Assembly (NCBI RefSeq): GCF_009914755.1
Contig: NC_060947.1
Reading direction: 5' to 3' (one strand)
Length of the DNA stretch: 64,000 nt
Source of the DNA: the human T2T-CHM13v2.0 reference genome, Homo sapiens
Shown: positions 34,285-48,939 of the stretch, piece by piece
Layout: each line of letters starts with the position of its first letter
How positions within the stretch are numbered: the first letter of the stretch is position 1
Notes under the pieces: model-generated
What the model was told of the DNA's origin: nothing
The model's database searches: none
What the model saw: only the letters and a program-made list of their open reading frames with translations
Translations under genes and position numbers: made by a program

Positions 34285-35220
34285 GGGAAGGAGTCAAGGA
34301 AGTCTTTAACAAAAGGAGGCATTTAAAGAGAAACTTTAAAACATGAATGCAAATAAGGTGAAAAGAATAAGGAAGACTATTCCAGCTAGATGGAGCAACA
34401 CTGAAAAGATCTTGATGTAAGAAAGCTTGGCATATTCCAGAAATTAAAAGAAGACCAGTAACTTAATTTCAGAGACCTAAGGAGAGAATGAAACAGATAA
34501 AATTGAAAAGTGAAACAGAAGCCAGGTCATATAAAGCCTTATTGACCATGGGTATTTTTATTAAGTTTTCACTTGAGTAATGGAATACGATGAATGCTTC
34601 AATCATATTTACATTTAAAAATAGCACCCTGGCTACACTGCAGAGAATGAAGTGCAGTGGGGCAAAGATGGAATTCTGAATATGTGTCATTAATGTATCA
34701 CAGTGATGCAGAGAGTAGATGCTGCTACCTTGAGGTAGAGTGCTGCCAGTGTTAATGAAGAACAATGGTCAAAATTGGAGTATTCACATTTGAAAATATA
34801 CCCAGGATACATGGTTGGGGCATATGAAATAAAAACATTCTCATTTGGGAAGAGAATAGACAGACAGACTGGAGGGATCTGATGAGAAGCCTCTATTAAT
34901 CACAAGAAAAGGAAAAATAAGAGAAAACATGAATTTTGGTTTTTAGAATGTTATGAGTTGAGTTTTGAGACATGCAGATATTGAGGTATCTATAAGATAG
35001 CTACATAGAGATGTCTGTTAAAAAGTTGAATAATTTAACCTGCACTTAAGACAGAAATATAAATTAAGATACCACTTTGAAAGTTATTGGCACTCTGTTC
35101 ATAATGAACACAATATTCCTTGTTGAGATCAGATACTTTTTATAGAGTGAGACAGAAGTTCCAAGGTAGAAGTTTGGAATCTATATACTAGGAAGAGGAA
35201 GGCAATCAATTAAAAAATTA
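34285..35220 (-). mobile_element. L2 fragment
   Basis: ggaagactattccagctaga...gccaggtcatataaagcctt...tgagttgagttttgagacatg. Confidence 0.7.
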
Positions 35221-35778
35221 GAAGAGCCATTGATATCACTCCTTAGAAAGTAATTTACCCTAACTAGATGAGGTCCTGTAGGGAAGACAGGCCTAAATAA
35301 TTTTCAAGTGCTTCTTAATAAATATCCTGTAACACTTGCAACAGTCAATTTTGTACTATAACAATGCGTGTGTTTTTGAATCATTCCTACAAGTTTCAGA
35401 AATTCTATGGTGAAGAGAGAGCATGTGTTGTCATCTTGGTATCCTTGTCAGTTCTTTTCAGAATGCCTTGTAGGTGCTCACTAAACCTATTTCGAATTGA
35501 CTTTCAAGTAATTTTAATAACAAAGCTATGTGATATTTCAGTTTACAATCCTTCAACCATTATCCAAAGCAGAAAAATTGAATAAAAAATAAAAATAATG
35601 ATGTATACATAATAAAAATTTGTTTTTTCAGTTGAAAAAGTCAAACTATTTGTTAGTGTTACTTTAGATTTTGTATCTCTCTCCCCATGGTAGACTACTC
35701 TGTTATCTAGGTAAAACAGCCACAGTGGAGAGAAAAGTAAGGAAGAAAGGCAGGAAGAATAAAGGGGAGGGAGGAGGA

Positions 35779-36189
35779 ATTGAATTAAGTCTGGCCTAAA
35801 TCTGTCTCCATACTTGGATGATACAGTTTCGTTGAAAACAGACTCTGTATGTGGTGAACTGTAACCAAACTTGATGTGTAAGCAAGTGTAACTTAACCTA
35901 GATGTATACTCTTGTAACCAAGAAATTGAGTCTCAGACAATCTTAGCACTGAATTCTCAGCCAATCCCAGACTGAAAGCTGCCCAGTTGTGCCCAAATAA
36001 GACAAACTCAGAACTGCACCAATCGCATAATCCCTGTATGTCATTTCCTGTTTTCTAGTTATAAAAATAGTTTACGACATTGGAGGTAGGGGCATTTTGA
36101 ACCATCTTAGGCGTGGAATGCTGCCAGGTTCTAGACTCTTTCTAATACTCAAATTTTGCTAACTTTAACTAGTCTCAGTACTTTTTAAA
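35779..36189 (+). mobile_element. MER57-family ERV1 solo LTR
   Basis: aattaagtctggcctaaa...gtgaactgtaacc...cagccaatc...caaataagacaaac...accaatc...cctgtatgtcatttcc. Confidence 0.8.
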
Positions 36190-37136
36190 GAGGGGAGGCA
36201 GGGAGGGGAGTAGGAGAGAGAGGAGGAATGAAATGTCATTAATTTGAAATTAGGCCTTGAGATTGTTATCTATTTCATTTATCTGTGATTCAAAACAAGT
36301 AAACATACTTTTAATGTTGTGGATATTTAGCAACTTAGATATATATCCTCACAGCTTGACAGGTAAGCAGTACAGTCTCTGAAAGCTTGAAAAAATATGG
36401 CTAGTTTTCCTTCTACAGTTGCCTGTTTAGCACTTTTATAATCAGTATTCTCAAGAGGTGGGCAAACATAAAGCTGGGTCACTGTGATTTGCCATCATGA
36501 TAAGAGGCTATACTTCCCATATTTTCTGGGAAACAAGATATATATTTTGTTTATCTGTACACCAATACAGATGTAAAATGGAAGTATCCATGTTATGAAC
36601 AAAAATGGTTTTGAAAGTCAGACTAAAAGTTGTTATAAAAGAAAGATGTTAAAAATATTACATCCTCTTATCAGTAGGAGCAACATAGGCAAATCCTAGG
36701 GGACAACGTGTAATAGAGTTGTTCTCCTTATGTAAAAAAACTCTCATAATTATCTGCCAGTATATCATTTGACCTACTCCTTTAACACCTTGACATTATA
36801 TGCACAGACAACTCTCTGTAAGAATGCAAGTGGATGGAAGACACTAATACATTTTAGTACTATTGGCTCCTTTAGCTAGGCATATGTCATCAAATTGCTA
36901 GTTGGAGATGAGGAGCCTTATGTGTGACATTAGTTTCAGGATATTGTCTGTAGGAGATATGTCATAGACTGTCCTTCTAATTGAAAAACTGATATCTTCA
37001 AATGGATATCCAAGGCATTTTTGAAAACCTTGTGTTAACATTTTTTATCCCGTGTATAATGTTAAATTAATCAGGACAGTACAATTTTGTTATCTTCTCT
37101 GAACTTTAATTATAATAGCATCTAAAAGAAGGGAGA

Positions 37137-37591
<455 letters not shown>

Positions 37592-38708
37592 TTAAAGAAG
37601 GTAAAAGCCATTTGACAAAAAATAAAAAGGAAGGACTAGCAGTCTAAATAAACACAAGGGACTGCAGAAGAAGATAAACTCTAGGTTCCAAATTGGCAGG
37701 AATAAGAAGAACTCCCAATTAGGAGAACTTAATTCCTAGTCCACTTAAAATAAATTCCCACATTTCTGTCCTCTTCCTATGTGCTCAGAACCCAGGCAGC
37801 TAAGTATTTCAGCACTACATGAATGCAAAAAGGCTCTTTCCTAAAAAATGCAAGCAAACAACTTGAGGGGAATTAGAATTCAGGGTGAACTTGCATGTTC
37901 ATAAGCACAATTTTTACCATTCTGGCATTTGTGAGCATCCTAGCCTAAAGGTTGGTAGGCTACCTGCTTGTTTTAAAATTAAACCTATCAGTGGATAATA
38001 CCAGCCCACATACATAGAATTCCAAGTCAGACTTCATAAACATGGGGAAACCTAACTAGAAAATGATCCACACAGAAACAAAGTTACCTAGAAAAAGTAA
38101 ACTGCCTATTCTCAAATGTAAATAAAAATCAGAAAATGAAAAAAAATTAACAGCATGAAAGACAAAAAACAAAGAACAAACACAAGTATCGACCACAGGG
38201 AACAATTCTAAAAATATATAATTCAAGAAACAACAAAGCAAAGAAACAATTAACTCTAGAGGCTTCTAATTTGCATTTTCAGAAGGATTTGTAAAGGAAT
38301 TTCACTCATTGAAAAATGAAATAATCACAGTAAAAAACAGAAATTATCATGAAGCATAATTTCCTAAATTAAGAATTATATAGAACTTTGGAAGATAAAG
38401 TTGAAGAAGCATTTTAGGAGAGAGAGAAGAGAGAGGGAGAGGGGTAGATATGCAGGTCTTGGGGAAGTCAAAAGACGAAGCAGAGTTATTGAAACAAAAA
38501 GAGAAGCTTAAGTAGCATTTAAAGGTGTAAGAGTAACAGAGTGTTTGTGATAATGGCAGTGACTTCAAATCTTGACTTTCAAAGAAGAAAGTTAATGGGC
38601 AATGTATTAAATCAAGAAATCAATATAAGCAATATAAGCATTTCTAAATTAAATCTATAAAACAAAAAAGAAAACTAAAAACAGGACATGGTTAAAAATG
38701 TTTACCTC

Positions 38709-39456
38709 AGAAAATTATTTGGTAATAAAAAGGAATGAATGATGTACTCATATATACAATTGCATTGGTGAATCACAAGAACATTATATTAAGTAAAAAA
38801 GTTGAACACAGAAGAGTACGTACTGCATGCTGTATGTTTCCAATTAAATTAATTCCAGGCCGGGTGCAGTGGCTCACGTCTGTATTATCAGCACTTTGGG
38901 AGGCCAAAGCGGGTGGATCACAAGGTCAAGAGATCAAGACCATCCTGGCCAACATGGTGAAACTCCGTCTCTACTAAAAATACAAAAATTAGCTGCATGT
39001 GGTGGTGCGCTCCCATAATCCCAGCTACGCAGGAGGCTGAGGCAGGAAAATTGCTTGAGCCCAGGGGGGTGGAGGTTGCAGTGAGCCAAGATGGTGCCAC
39101 TGCACTCCAGCCTGGTGACAGAGCGAGACTCTGTCTCAAAAAATAATATTATTATTAATAAATTATTAATATTATTTATAATAATAATAATTAATTTTTA
39201 AAAATTCCTCTCCAGAAAACACAAATCTATAGTGATAGGAGGGAAATTGTTGATTTTCAAGTGCCATAGTTTGAGGGAAGAAAACCAACTGCAAAGGGAA
39301 AGGAAGAAACTTATGGGTCTGATGGATGTACTTCATATCTCAAATGTGCTTGTGGTTACACAACTGTATCCATTTGTCAAAACTCATCAAATTGTACAAA
39401 CAAAAAGGAATTCAGTGAATATATTTTATACTGTGAATTACTGATTACAAAATAAG
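38709..39456 (+). mobile_element. L1ME 3' fragment containing an AluSc
   Basis: aataaaaaggaatgaa...gaagagtacgtactg...catttgtcaaaactcatcaaattgtac; 15/16 TSD taaaaatg(t/g)ttacctc at 38693-38708 and 39457-39472. Confidence 0.8.
38858..39200 (+). mobile_element. AluSc with an AT-microsatellite tail
   Basis: ggtcaagagatcaagaccatcctggccaacatgg and cctggtgacagagcg. Confidence 0.95.
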
Positions 39457-39989
39457 TAAAAATGGTTACCTCTAGGAAGTGGAACTGGGAATACGAAGTA
39501 GTGGGAAATGGAACAGTTGCAATGTATTAAATACTCTTCTATATCATTTGATATTTAAAGCATGCTTATGTATTACTTGAATAAAAATTAAAACAAACAA
39601 AACCAGAAGGCAAAGAGTAAATATATATACATATAAATACCACCTGAAGAGATTGTACTTACTGTTAACTTTTTTATTTAAAATGACTTTTTTATTTAAA
39701 ATGTCTTCTTTTTTTAGTTGTGGGTAAAGAACTTATCTTACTCAAGACTTTAAAAGAACCTTTTAAACAAAAAAAGAAACACATGGTTTTATTTTTTACA
39801 GCATTTGAATTACAAAATGGTATAATTTTATTATAGGCTGTAATTTTTTATTTGATAAAATCATTCTATATATTTGGTTGCTCTTAACTCCTCAGTTGAG
39901 AAACTAACTGGCTGACCATGCATGTAATAAATTGCTAGAACATCTGACAACAACGGAAGAGAGACAAGTAGACAAATTTAATGTATCTC

Positions 39990-40790
39990 TTTACTCTGAG
40001 AATAACATTATATTGTAATTACTTATTTGTCTTTATTTTCATAAAGACAAGAGCTATGTCTATCTTGCTTATCATCTTATACCATTATCTATAGAGTATG
40101 GGACATATAATAAGGATTAAATATATGTGGAATAAATTGATCTATAAGGGAATATAGTACAATTTATTCACCCAACCAATATAAATGTATTGAGCATTTA
40201 CTATGTGCAAGTATTACATTGGGAATATGGTGACAAAGTTAACAGAAGTCATGGTTTTTTCTCACAAGAAATTTACATTCTTGGAAAGTTATCAACTAGT
40301 AAATAATTTAATACTTTGTGATAACTGTTGTAACTTAAAATTCACACTGGCTTTGGAAGCTTAGAGTATTATTCACTAATTTTTCCTGAGATAATTGAGA
40401 AAAGCTTCAAATATAAACCACATTTTAGCTGGGGGGGATATTGCTGAGTTAAGGATAATACTAGAAACTAAAGAATTCCATTCACAGAATTCAACATGTA
40501 CAAAGGTTGAGTAGTGTAAAGCAACATGTTGGATGTCAGGAAAAGTAAGTAGTTTCATGTAGCAGGAGCACATATGGAGGAAGAAATCATAATTCAGTCC
40601 TGGAGAGATAGACTGGGAATAATTATGACCAGAAAAGGGTTAAAGAATTCATCCTAGAGCCACTGGTGAGTCAAAGGAGGGTTTTATTTAGGGAAGTGCT
40701 GTTCAGGTCGTAGTATGAAAGAAAAGAAGTTTCTCAGTGCCTAGAGGGAGATATCAGCTAGTAGATGATTGCAGTTGTCTAGGCTGCAAA
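39990..40790. mobile_element. Two tail-to-tail L2 fragments (plus about 39990-40140, minus about 40165-40790)
   Basis: aagacaagagctatgtctatcttg...gtggaataaat and aaatgtattgagcatttactatgtgcaag. Confidence 0.6.
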
Positions 40791-41133
40791 TGTACACAAA
40801 TACAAAGCAAGATCCCTAAAAGTAAATGGGATTTGATAAAGGAAATGTTTTGCCTGACATAAGGGTAAACTTTTAAAGTTAGGTTAATCTGTATTTTGAA
40901 ACATAATTACTTCACAGATATTATATAAAATTGCTTTGCTTTTCTCGTTAAAAGACTACATAGAAAAATATGCTAAAAATATTTTAGTATTTCTTTAAAT
41001 ATTTGAACATTCTGTAAAGAAAAAAATGATTAAACAAGTGTGAACACTATCCCAAATCAAAATATAAATTGTGTGCAGATAACTCGAAGTTCCGTTTTTA
41101 TCGACATCAATTCAAAATACTCCTTAGAATTAG

Positions 41134-41452
<319 letters not shown>

Positions 41453-41646
41453 GAATTAAAGTTTTAATAGCACTTGGGGTATAATACTTAACCCCAGAAC
41501 CTATTTTGTTATTGCGTATATTCCAGGCACCCTGGTCTCCCATCTGTTTTTACTTTACAGGAAAGCTAAGAGAGTGTGGGTAATTATTTCATTTCCACTA
41601 TTGGCAAGAGAATAATTTTCTTAAACAGAGTAGAAGGGAAGGAACA

Positions 41647-41787
41647 ATTAGTGGTATTGAGCATTGTTTCACATGCTTGTTGGCCGCATGTATCTCTTCT
41701 TTTGAAAAGTGTCTGTTCATGTTCTGATATGAGTTTACCCTCAAACTTGTACATGTATCCCTGAATCTAAAATAAAAGCTTAAAAAA
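41647..41787 (+). mobile_element. Very short 5'-inverted L1PA (about PA13-16)
   Basis: 41647-41725 is an antisense ORF2 C-terminal piece; 41726-41787 is the sense 3' terminus acatgtatccctgaatctaaaataaaag. Confidence 0.8.
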
Positions 41788-42325
41788 GGAGGAATGAACG
41801 GTTTTAACATGGCAAAGATTATTTAATCAAAATATGGATAATACAAATGCCTAATTTTTTCATTTCTAAAAACATAATTTCAAATCTTCTTGAATCCTCA
41901 ACCATTATATTTAGCTATTTGTAAGCAAGAAACATGTTTATTCATCTCTATTGTCCAGCACTTTTTCACTCCATGGGCTGTAAATAAATCTCCTGGATGT
42001 TTCAAGCAATGAGAAAATGATTAATGGATAGCAGCAATAATATTATTGATGAGACCTTTATAAAATCTCCCTTGCATCCTTTCAAAAGAATTTAAACAAA
42101 TACTATAATATAGGGAAGGTGTTTGTTACTGACTTCTCGCTTATTCTGAGTTTCTTCACAACCACAGGTAACTCAGATTGGATTACAACAAAGAAAGTGA
42201 ATATTGTTGAGACCTATTTGTCTGAAGACTTCATAGAAGCATCTCTCTCATTGCTTTATAGGTACCGACTAAACAATTGGCACCCATTCATTCTTTACTT
42301 AATTCAGAATACACTTCTTGAGTAC

Positions 42326-42686
42326 TGTCTTAGTCAGCAGTTGGGCTGCTACAACAAAAATTCCACAGATTGGGTGGCTCAAAAAACAGAAATTTATTTC
42401 TCACAGTTCTGGATGCTGAGATGTCTAAAATCAAGGTGGCAGCAATATGGTTCCTGGTGAAGGCTTTCTTCCTGGTTAGCAGATAGATATATTTTTTTGC
42501 TGTATCCTCACATTGTGGAGAGAGAGAGGAAGCAAATTCTTAGTCTCTTCTTATAAGGGCACTAATCGCATCATGAAGGTTTCACCTTTGTGATCTAATT
42601 GCCTCGCAAAGGCCCCCATTTCCTAATACCATCACATTGGAGATTAAGATTTCAACATATGAAAAAAACACATCCAGTCCATAGCA
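42326..42686 (-). mobile_element. MLT1A0 solo LTR
   Basis: tgtcttagtcagcagttgggctgctacaacaaaa...tcttataagggcactaatc...catccagtccatagca. Confidence 0.9.
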
Positions 42687-42689
42687 AAT

Positions 42690-43900
42690 GCATAATATTT
42701 ACAGAGGTTTAGGGTTATAGAGATGAATGTGACACAATCCTTTTCTTCAATGGTCTCAAAAATAATGGATGAGAATGGCATGTCAAAAAAGTATAATACA
42801 AAAGGTGTGCATTATAATAGGTGTAAGTATGTGTTGTGGACACTCAGAGAAAGGCGCAATTTTATATTTACCTGAAAAAATCAGTTAGGGTTTATAGAAG
42901 TGAGATTTTAGGTGGTTCTTGAAGGATAAGAAGTGTATAACATACATATATTCGGAATGACTGAGGATAACATTTTGGTTATTCAAAATGGGAAATTTAA
43001 AAAAAACGTATGCAAGAATGCAGTGCATTCCATGATTGGTAAATGGTGAAGTGTGTCAGCAATATGGCTTGTATGTATGGTAGTTCTAATAGATTAGGCC
43101 AGAAAGATAAATGAGGCCAGGCTGCCAATAATATAAAGTGCCGTAACAGAGGGCTTAGATTTTAGTATGTATGTGGCAGAAAACAATGAAGATTTTTTGC
43201 ATGTGAACAATATTATTCACTCGTGTTTTAGAAGGCTACCTCAGACTGCAGTGTAAAAGTAGATTGATGAAGATGAGATTGTAAGTAGAGACCCTGGTTA
43301 GGAAATGTTTACAGTAGTCTAGGTAAAAGACCACGAGACAAAATTAAGATAGTGGTAAAGGAAACAGATTAAATAGTGATTTAGGAATATATGTGGTACT
43401 AGATTTTAAAATAAAAATCAGGCCTAAGTAACATACAGGTGAAAAAATAAGTATTGAAAATTGAAATAGCTGAAGTAATGAGAAACTCTCTGGAATCAAA
43501 CAGAGAAGACAAGCAGAGGACTTTGAAGAATGCACCAATATTTAAGAAGGGAGGGAGAGTGAGAGAAAATGATCGAAGGAGGTGAAAAATATCAAGCCAT
43601 AGTGCCCACAGAGGCAGGGTTAGAAATAGAATGAAGTGGTTGTGTAGGAAGCCAAGATAGGAGAGATTGTCAAGAAAATGTCAACAATGTCAAAAGTGAA
43701 TGATAAGTAAAATGAAGTTTGATAAAAAGCTTGCTGGAATTCACAAGTAGGAAGTCATTGACTGTCTTTCTGCTGAGCAGTTTTAAAAAACTTAAAACCA
43801 AAACACATTTAGAGTAGATTGAAGAATAAATAACAGGTAAAGAAGTGGAGACAATGAGAAAAGCCTACTTCCTTAAAAAGTTTGTCAAAGAAAATAAATA
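42690..43900 (-). mobile_element. L2 (long degenerate copy)
   Basis: gagatgaatgtgacacaatcc...ttttagaaggctacctcagactgcagtgt...gaagtcattgactg...aggtaaagaagtggagacaatgag. Confidence 0.75.
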
Positions 43901-44133
43901 TATCAATAAGTTAAAGAGAAACCCATATGAAAGAAATACATTCTCTTCCTCTTTCTGCTTCCCCTCTTCTTGCACCTGCTCATTCATTTTCTTCTTTTTA
44001 TTTTTTTAAGGGAAAATGTAAGCATAATCGTAGGGAAGGTAGAAAGGAAGGAGACATTATAGATAGTGAGAGTGGTGGGGAAAACAAATAATTGACGGTT
44101 TAAGGTCACAGACCAAAAAGGTTAAAATTTGTT

Positions 44134-46357
44134 AACATAACTCAAAATAATAAAAGTCATATATGACAAACCCACAGCCAATATCATACTGAATGGGCAA
44201 AAGCTAGAAGCCTTTTCCTTGAAAACTGGCAAAAGGCAAGGTTGCCTGCGCTCTCTCATGACTCCTATTCAACATAGTATTGGAAGCTCTGGTCAGGCTA
44301 ATCAGGCAAGAGAAATAAATAAGGGGTATTCAAACAGGAAGAGAGGAAGTGAAATTATCTTGTCTTGCAGATGACATAATCCTATATCTAGAAAACCCCA
44401 TCGTCTAGCTCAAAAGATTCTTAAGCTGATAAATAACTCCAACAAAGTCTCAAGATACAAAATCAATGTGCAAAAATCGCTAGCATTTCTATATACCAAC
44501 AACAGGCAAGCAGAGAGCAAAGTCATGAATAAACTTCCATTCACAATTGCTTCAAAAAGAGTAAAATACCTAGGAATACAGCTAACAAGGAAAGTGAAGG
44601 ACCTCTTCAAGAAGAACTACAAAACACTGCTCAAAGCAATTACAGAGGACACAAACAGATGGAGAAATATTCCACGCTTATGGATAAAAAATCAGTATCA
44701 TGAAAATGGCCATACTGCCCAAAGTAATTTATAAATTCAATGTTATTCCCATTAAACTACTATTGACATTCTTCACAGAATTAGAAAGAAACTATTTTAA
44801 AATTCATATGAAACCCAAAAAGAGCCCCAGTAGCCAGGACAATCCTAGGCAAAAAGAACAAAGCTGGAGGCATCACGATACCCAAGTTCAAACTATACTA
44901 CAAGACTACAGTAACCAAAACAGCATGGTACTGACACAAGATCAAACACTTAGACCAAAAGAACAGAACAGGGAAGGGAACCCAGAAATAAGACCACACA
45001 CCTACAACTATCTGACCTTCGACAAATCTGACAAAAAAAGCAATGGGGAAGGGATTCCCTATTTAATAAATGGTAAGGAGAGGGCTGGCTAGCCATATGC
45101 AGAAGATTGAAACTGGACCCCTTCCTTACACCACATACAAAAATCAATTAAAGATAGATTAAAAACTTAATATAAAAACCAGAACTATAAAAATCCTAGA
45201 AGAAAATCTAAGTAATACAATTCATGGCATAGACATGGGCAATGGTTTCATGCCAAACATGCCAAAAGCAATTGCAACAAAAGCCAAAATAGACAAATGG
45301 GATCTAATCAAACTAAAGAGCTTCTGCACAGCAAAAGACACTATCATCAGAGTAAACAGACAACCTACAGAATGGGAGAACATTTTTGCAATCTATCAAT
45401 CTGTCCAAAGTCTAATATCCAGAGTCTACAAGGAACTTAAGCAAATTTGCAAGAATAAAACAAGCAACCTCATTAAAAAGTGGGCAAAGGACATGAGCAG
45501 ATACTTCTCAAAAGAGACATACATGCTTTCAACAAACATAAGAAAAAAAGCTCAATATCATTGATCATTAGAGAAATGCAAATCAAAACCACAATGAGAT
45601 ACCATCTCACGCCTGTCAAAATGACAATTATTAAAAAGTCAAAAAAACAGCAGATGCTGGCGAGGCTGTGGAGAAAAAGGAATGCTTTTACACTGTTGGT
45701 GGGAGTGTAAATTAGTTCAACCATTGCAGAAGACAGTGTGGCAATTCCTCAAATACCTAGAGGCAGAAATACCATTTGACCCCGTAATCCCACTACTGGG
45801 CATATATTCCAAAGGAATATAAATCATTCTATTATAAAGATACAGGCATGCATATGTTCATTGCAGCACTATTCATAATAGCAAAGACATGGAATCAACC
45901 TAAATGTCCATCAATGAAAAACTGGACAAAGAAAACATTATATATATACACATACACATACACACACACACACAGTGGAATACTATGTAGCCATAATAAG
46001 GAACAAGATCATTTCTTTGGCAGGGACATGGATGGAGTTAGAAGCGATTATCCTTAGCAAATTAATGCAGGAAGAGAAAACCAAATGCTGTATGTTCCAA
46101 CTTGTAAGTCGAAGCTGAATGATGACAACACATGGACACATGGGGAGAACAACACACACTGTGGCCTGTCAGAGAGGTTGTGGGAGTGACAGCATCAGGA
46201 AGAATAGCTAATGGATGCTGGGCTTAATATTTGGTGATGGGATGATCTATGCAGCAAACCATCATGGCACACATTTACCTTTGTAACAAACCTGCACATC
46301 CTGCACATACACCCTTGAACATGAAATAAAAGTTGAATAAAATAAAATAAAAATAAA
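44134..46357 (+). mobile_element. 5'-truncated L1PA11/12-like element
   Basis: Broken ORF2 frames at 44468-46057; 3'UTR gcatcaggaagaatagctaatggatgctgggcttaata...aacctgcacatcctgcaca; approximate TSD aaatttgttaaca / aaattgataaca. Confidence 0.92.
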
Positions 46358-46394
46358 GAAATTGATAACACATGATTTAACATTTAAGATTCCA

Positions 46395-46930
<536 letters not shown>

Positions 46931-48939
46931 TATCACACAATTGGCTTTACAACAGTGACAGGGTAGCCATTTTTGTAAAACATTACAAAAATGGCTAAGG
47001 ATAATAAAAGACAAATAATTTTGTAGGTTACCAAGTCTATTGTTAAAATTATTTCTGGGACTGTTGTTGTGTGCGCACATTCACACATGCTGTAAATACC
47101 ATGTGCACTTTTTACTTGGGCGTGAATAGGATGGAAGGCCAAATGTATTACCTGAACCATCTTTAACTTCTCTGTGATCAAATATTTAAGTTCCTGCCAA
47201 GTATTTAGTCATTTAGATTCAAACATAAAGTTTGGGATTAATAAAGTTGAACCAACTACACCTGATCTCCCGTTCTCATCTGATCCTCCCCAATGGTAAA
47301 TAAGCTCAACATATTATTCATATTTGTGCTAACATAGTTAAAGACTGCTCATATATTTAAAACTTATTTGTTTGCAAATTAGATCTAGATATTTGACACC
47401 TTAGCACTTCAGAATGATGTTTCGAGTCTTCCTTCATCTATATTTTGTTCACCAATTACTTTTTTGTAAAAACATTTTTTCTAATATTTGTCTAGTTTTC
47501 CCAATGTTGGCACACTGAAGCTGTAAGCCAGTGACTCAGAACCACTGTAAGCCCACTGGATCCTATTACTGGTAGAACGATTATCTGCATGTGCATATTG
47601 CATCAGCAAAAATTGAATATTGAAGAATTGTAGTTTGGAAGGCACTTATGGATATATCACTGTCCTGCTGTAAAACAGGTCACTGTCTTTGCTTCCAGCT
47701 TAAGAGGTAGATTAGCTAAAAGTTTAACCCATTAATGTAATTTTGAGAATTAATGTTTTAACACCCTATTTTCTTTGCCCTGTGCTCATTCCGAAGCAGC
47801 TATGATAAAAAGAATTTTCATTGTTCTATAGGGAGATGTTAGTTTGTTATACTACATCTGTTACTAAAACCCAGGGACTCTTAGTGGCAGTTGAGGCAGA
47901 TAAATCTGTCAAAAGATGTGCTCAAGGTTCCAGAGGCCGAAATGATTTCCTTCTCCTAAGTCTGTATCAATAATGATTACAATATTGATAAGAAGAAGTT
48001 GAAGTCACCTGCTCAAACCTCCCTTCCATAATAACTGTTCAGAATTAGATATCCATGATAACATTTTCTGTTAACAATGAAAATTGTCAGTCTAGCAGCT
48101 TGATAAATTGTAGCTCCAACTGGCAGAGCCATTTGCTTTGTGGTAAGCACAAAATGACAGATCTTTTTTGAATACAAACTATAATGCTTGCACCTTTCAC
48201 AGCTGGTTTAGCTTGTAAACAGAGCAGAAAAAGAAGACTGATAAAAATTGAAGGTTATGTACAAAACAAGCCCCATGACTAACTTTTTTTTTCTAGTAAA
48301 AGGATATTACCTCTGTTATTGCAACATGGCCCAAATGAGTACCCTAAAAGAGTGGATGATGATGATTCAAAAGTTCCAGTGACATACTACACTGGATATT
48401 TCACACGCATTTTCAACTAGTTTAATTTTCAACAGTTTGTTATTATTGTTTGCAAAATGGTCTCCTTTTATCTGTCATTACTTTCCACTCAGAACTCGAA
48501 TATTTACCAGTACTTTTTATAAACACTGTACCATTGCTTACACAGGTGTATCTCCAATACCAAGTAATTGTAATTATTTTATACAAATTACCACCCTGTA
48601 TGTACTATCAAGAAATAGCTAAGAAAATATTTCAAAACATTTTAAAGATGCTATTGTGTAAAATACCAGATTATTCTCTAAGTCTCCCCTTTTCCATAGT
48701 TACTGAGTAGATATCATGATATCTGAGCTACAATTTCAAGGTAGATCTAGAAATTGATATAATCTTCCCTTTTCAAACAGATCTAAAATTATAGGCATAG
48801 GTTTAATGCTTTCATCCAGAGAAAGGGATTATTGATTAATAGTTAAATTTAAGATATTGTTAACAATTACTTTAAAATTCTAGGTTAAAGCCAATATTCT
48901 AAAACCCATAAACTTCTACATTACAGGGGTGTTACTTTA

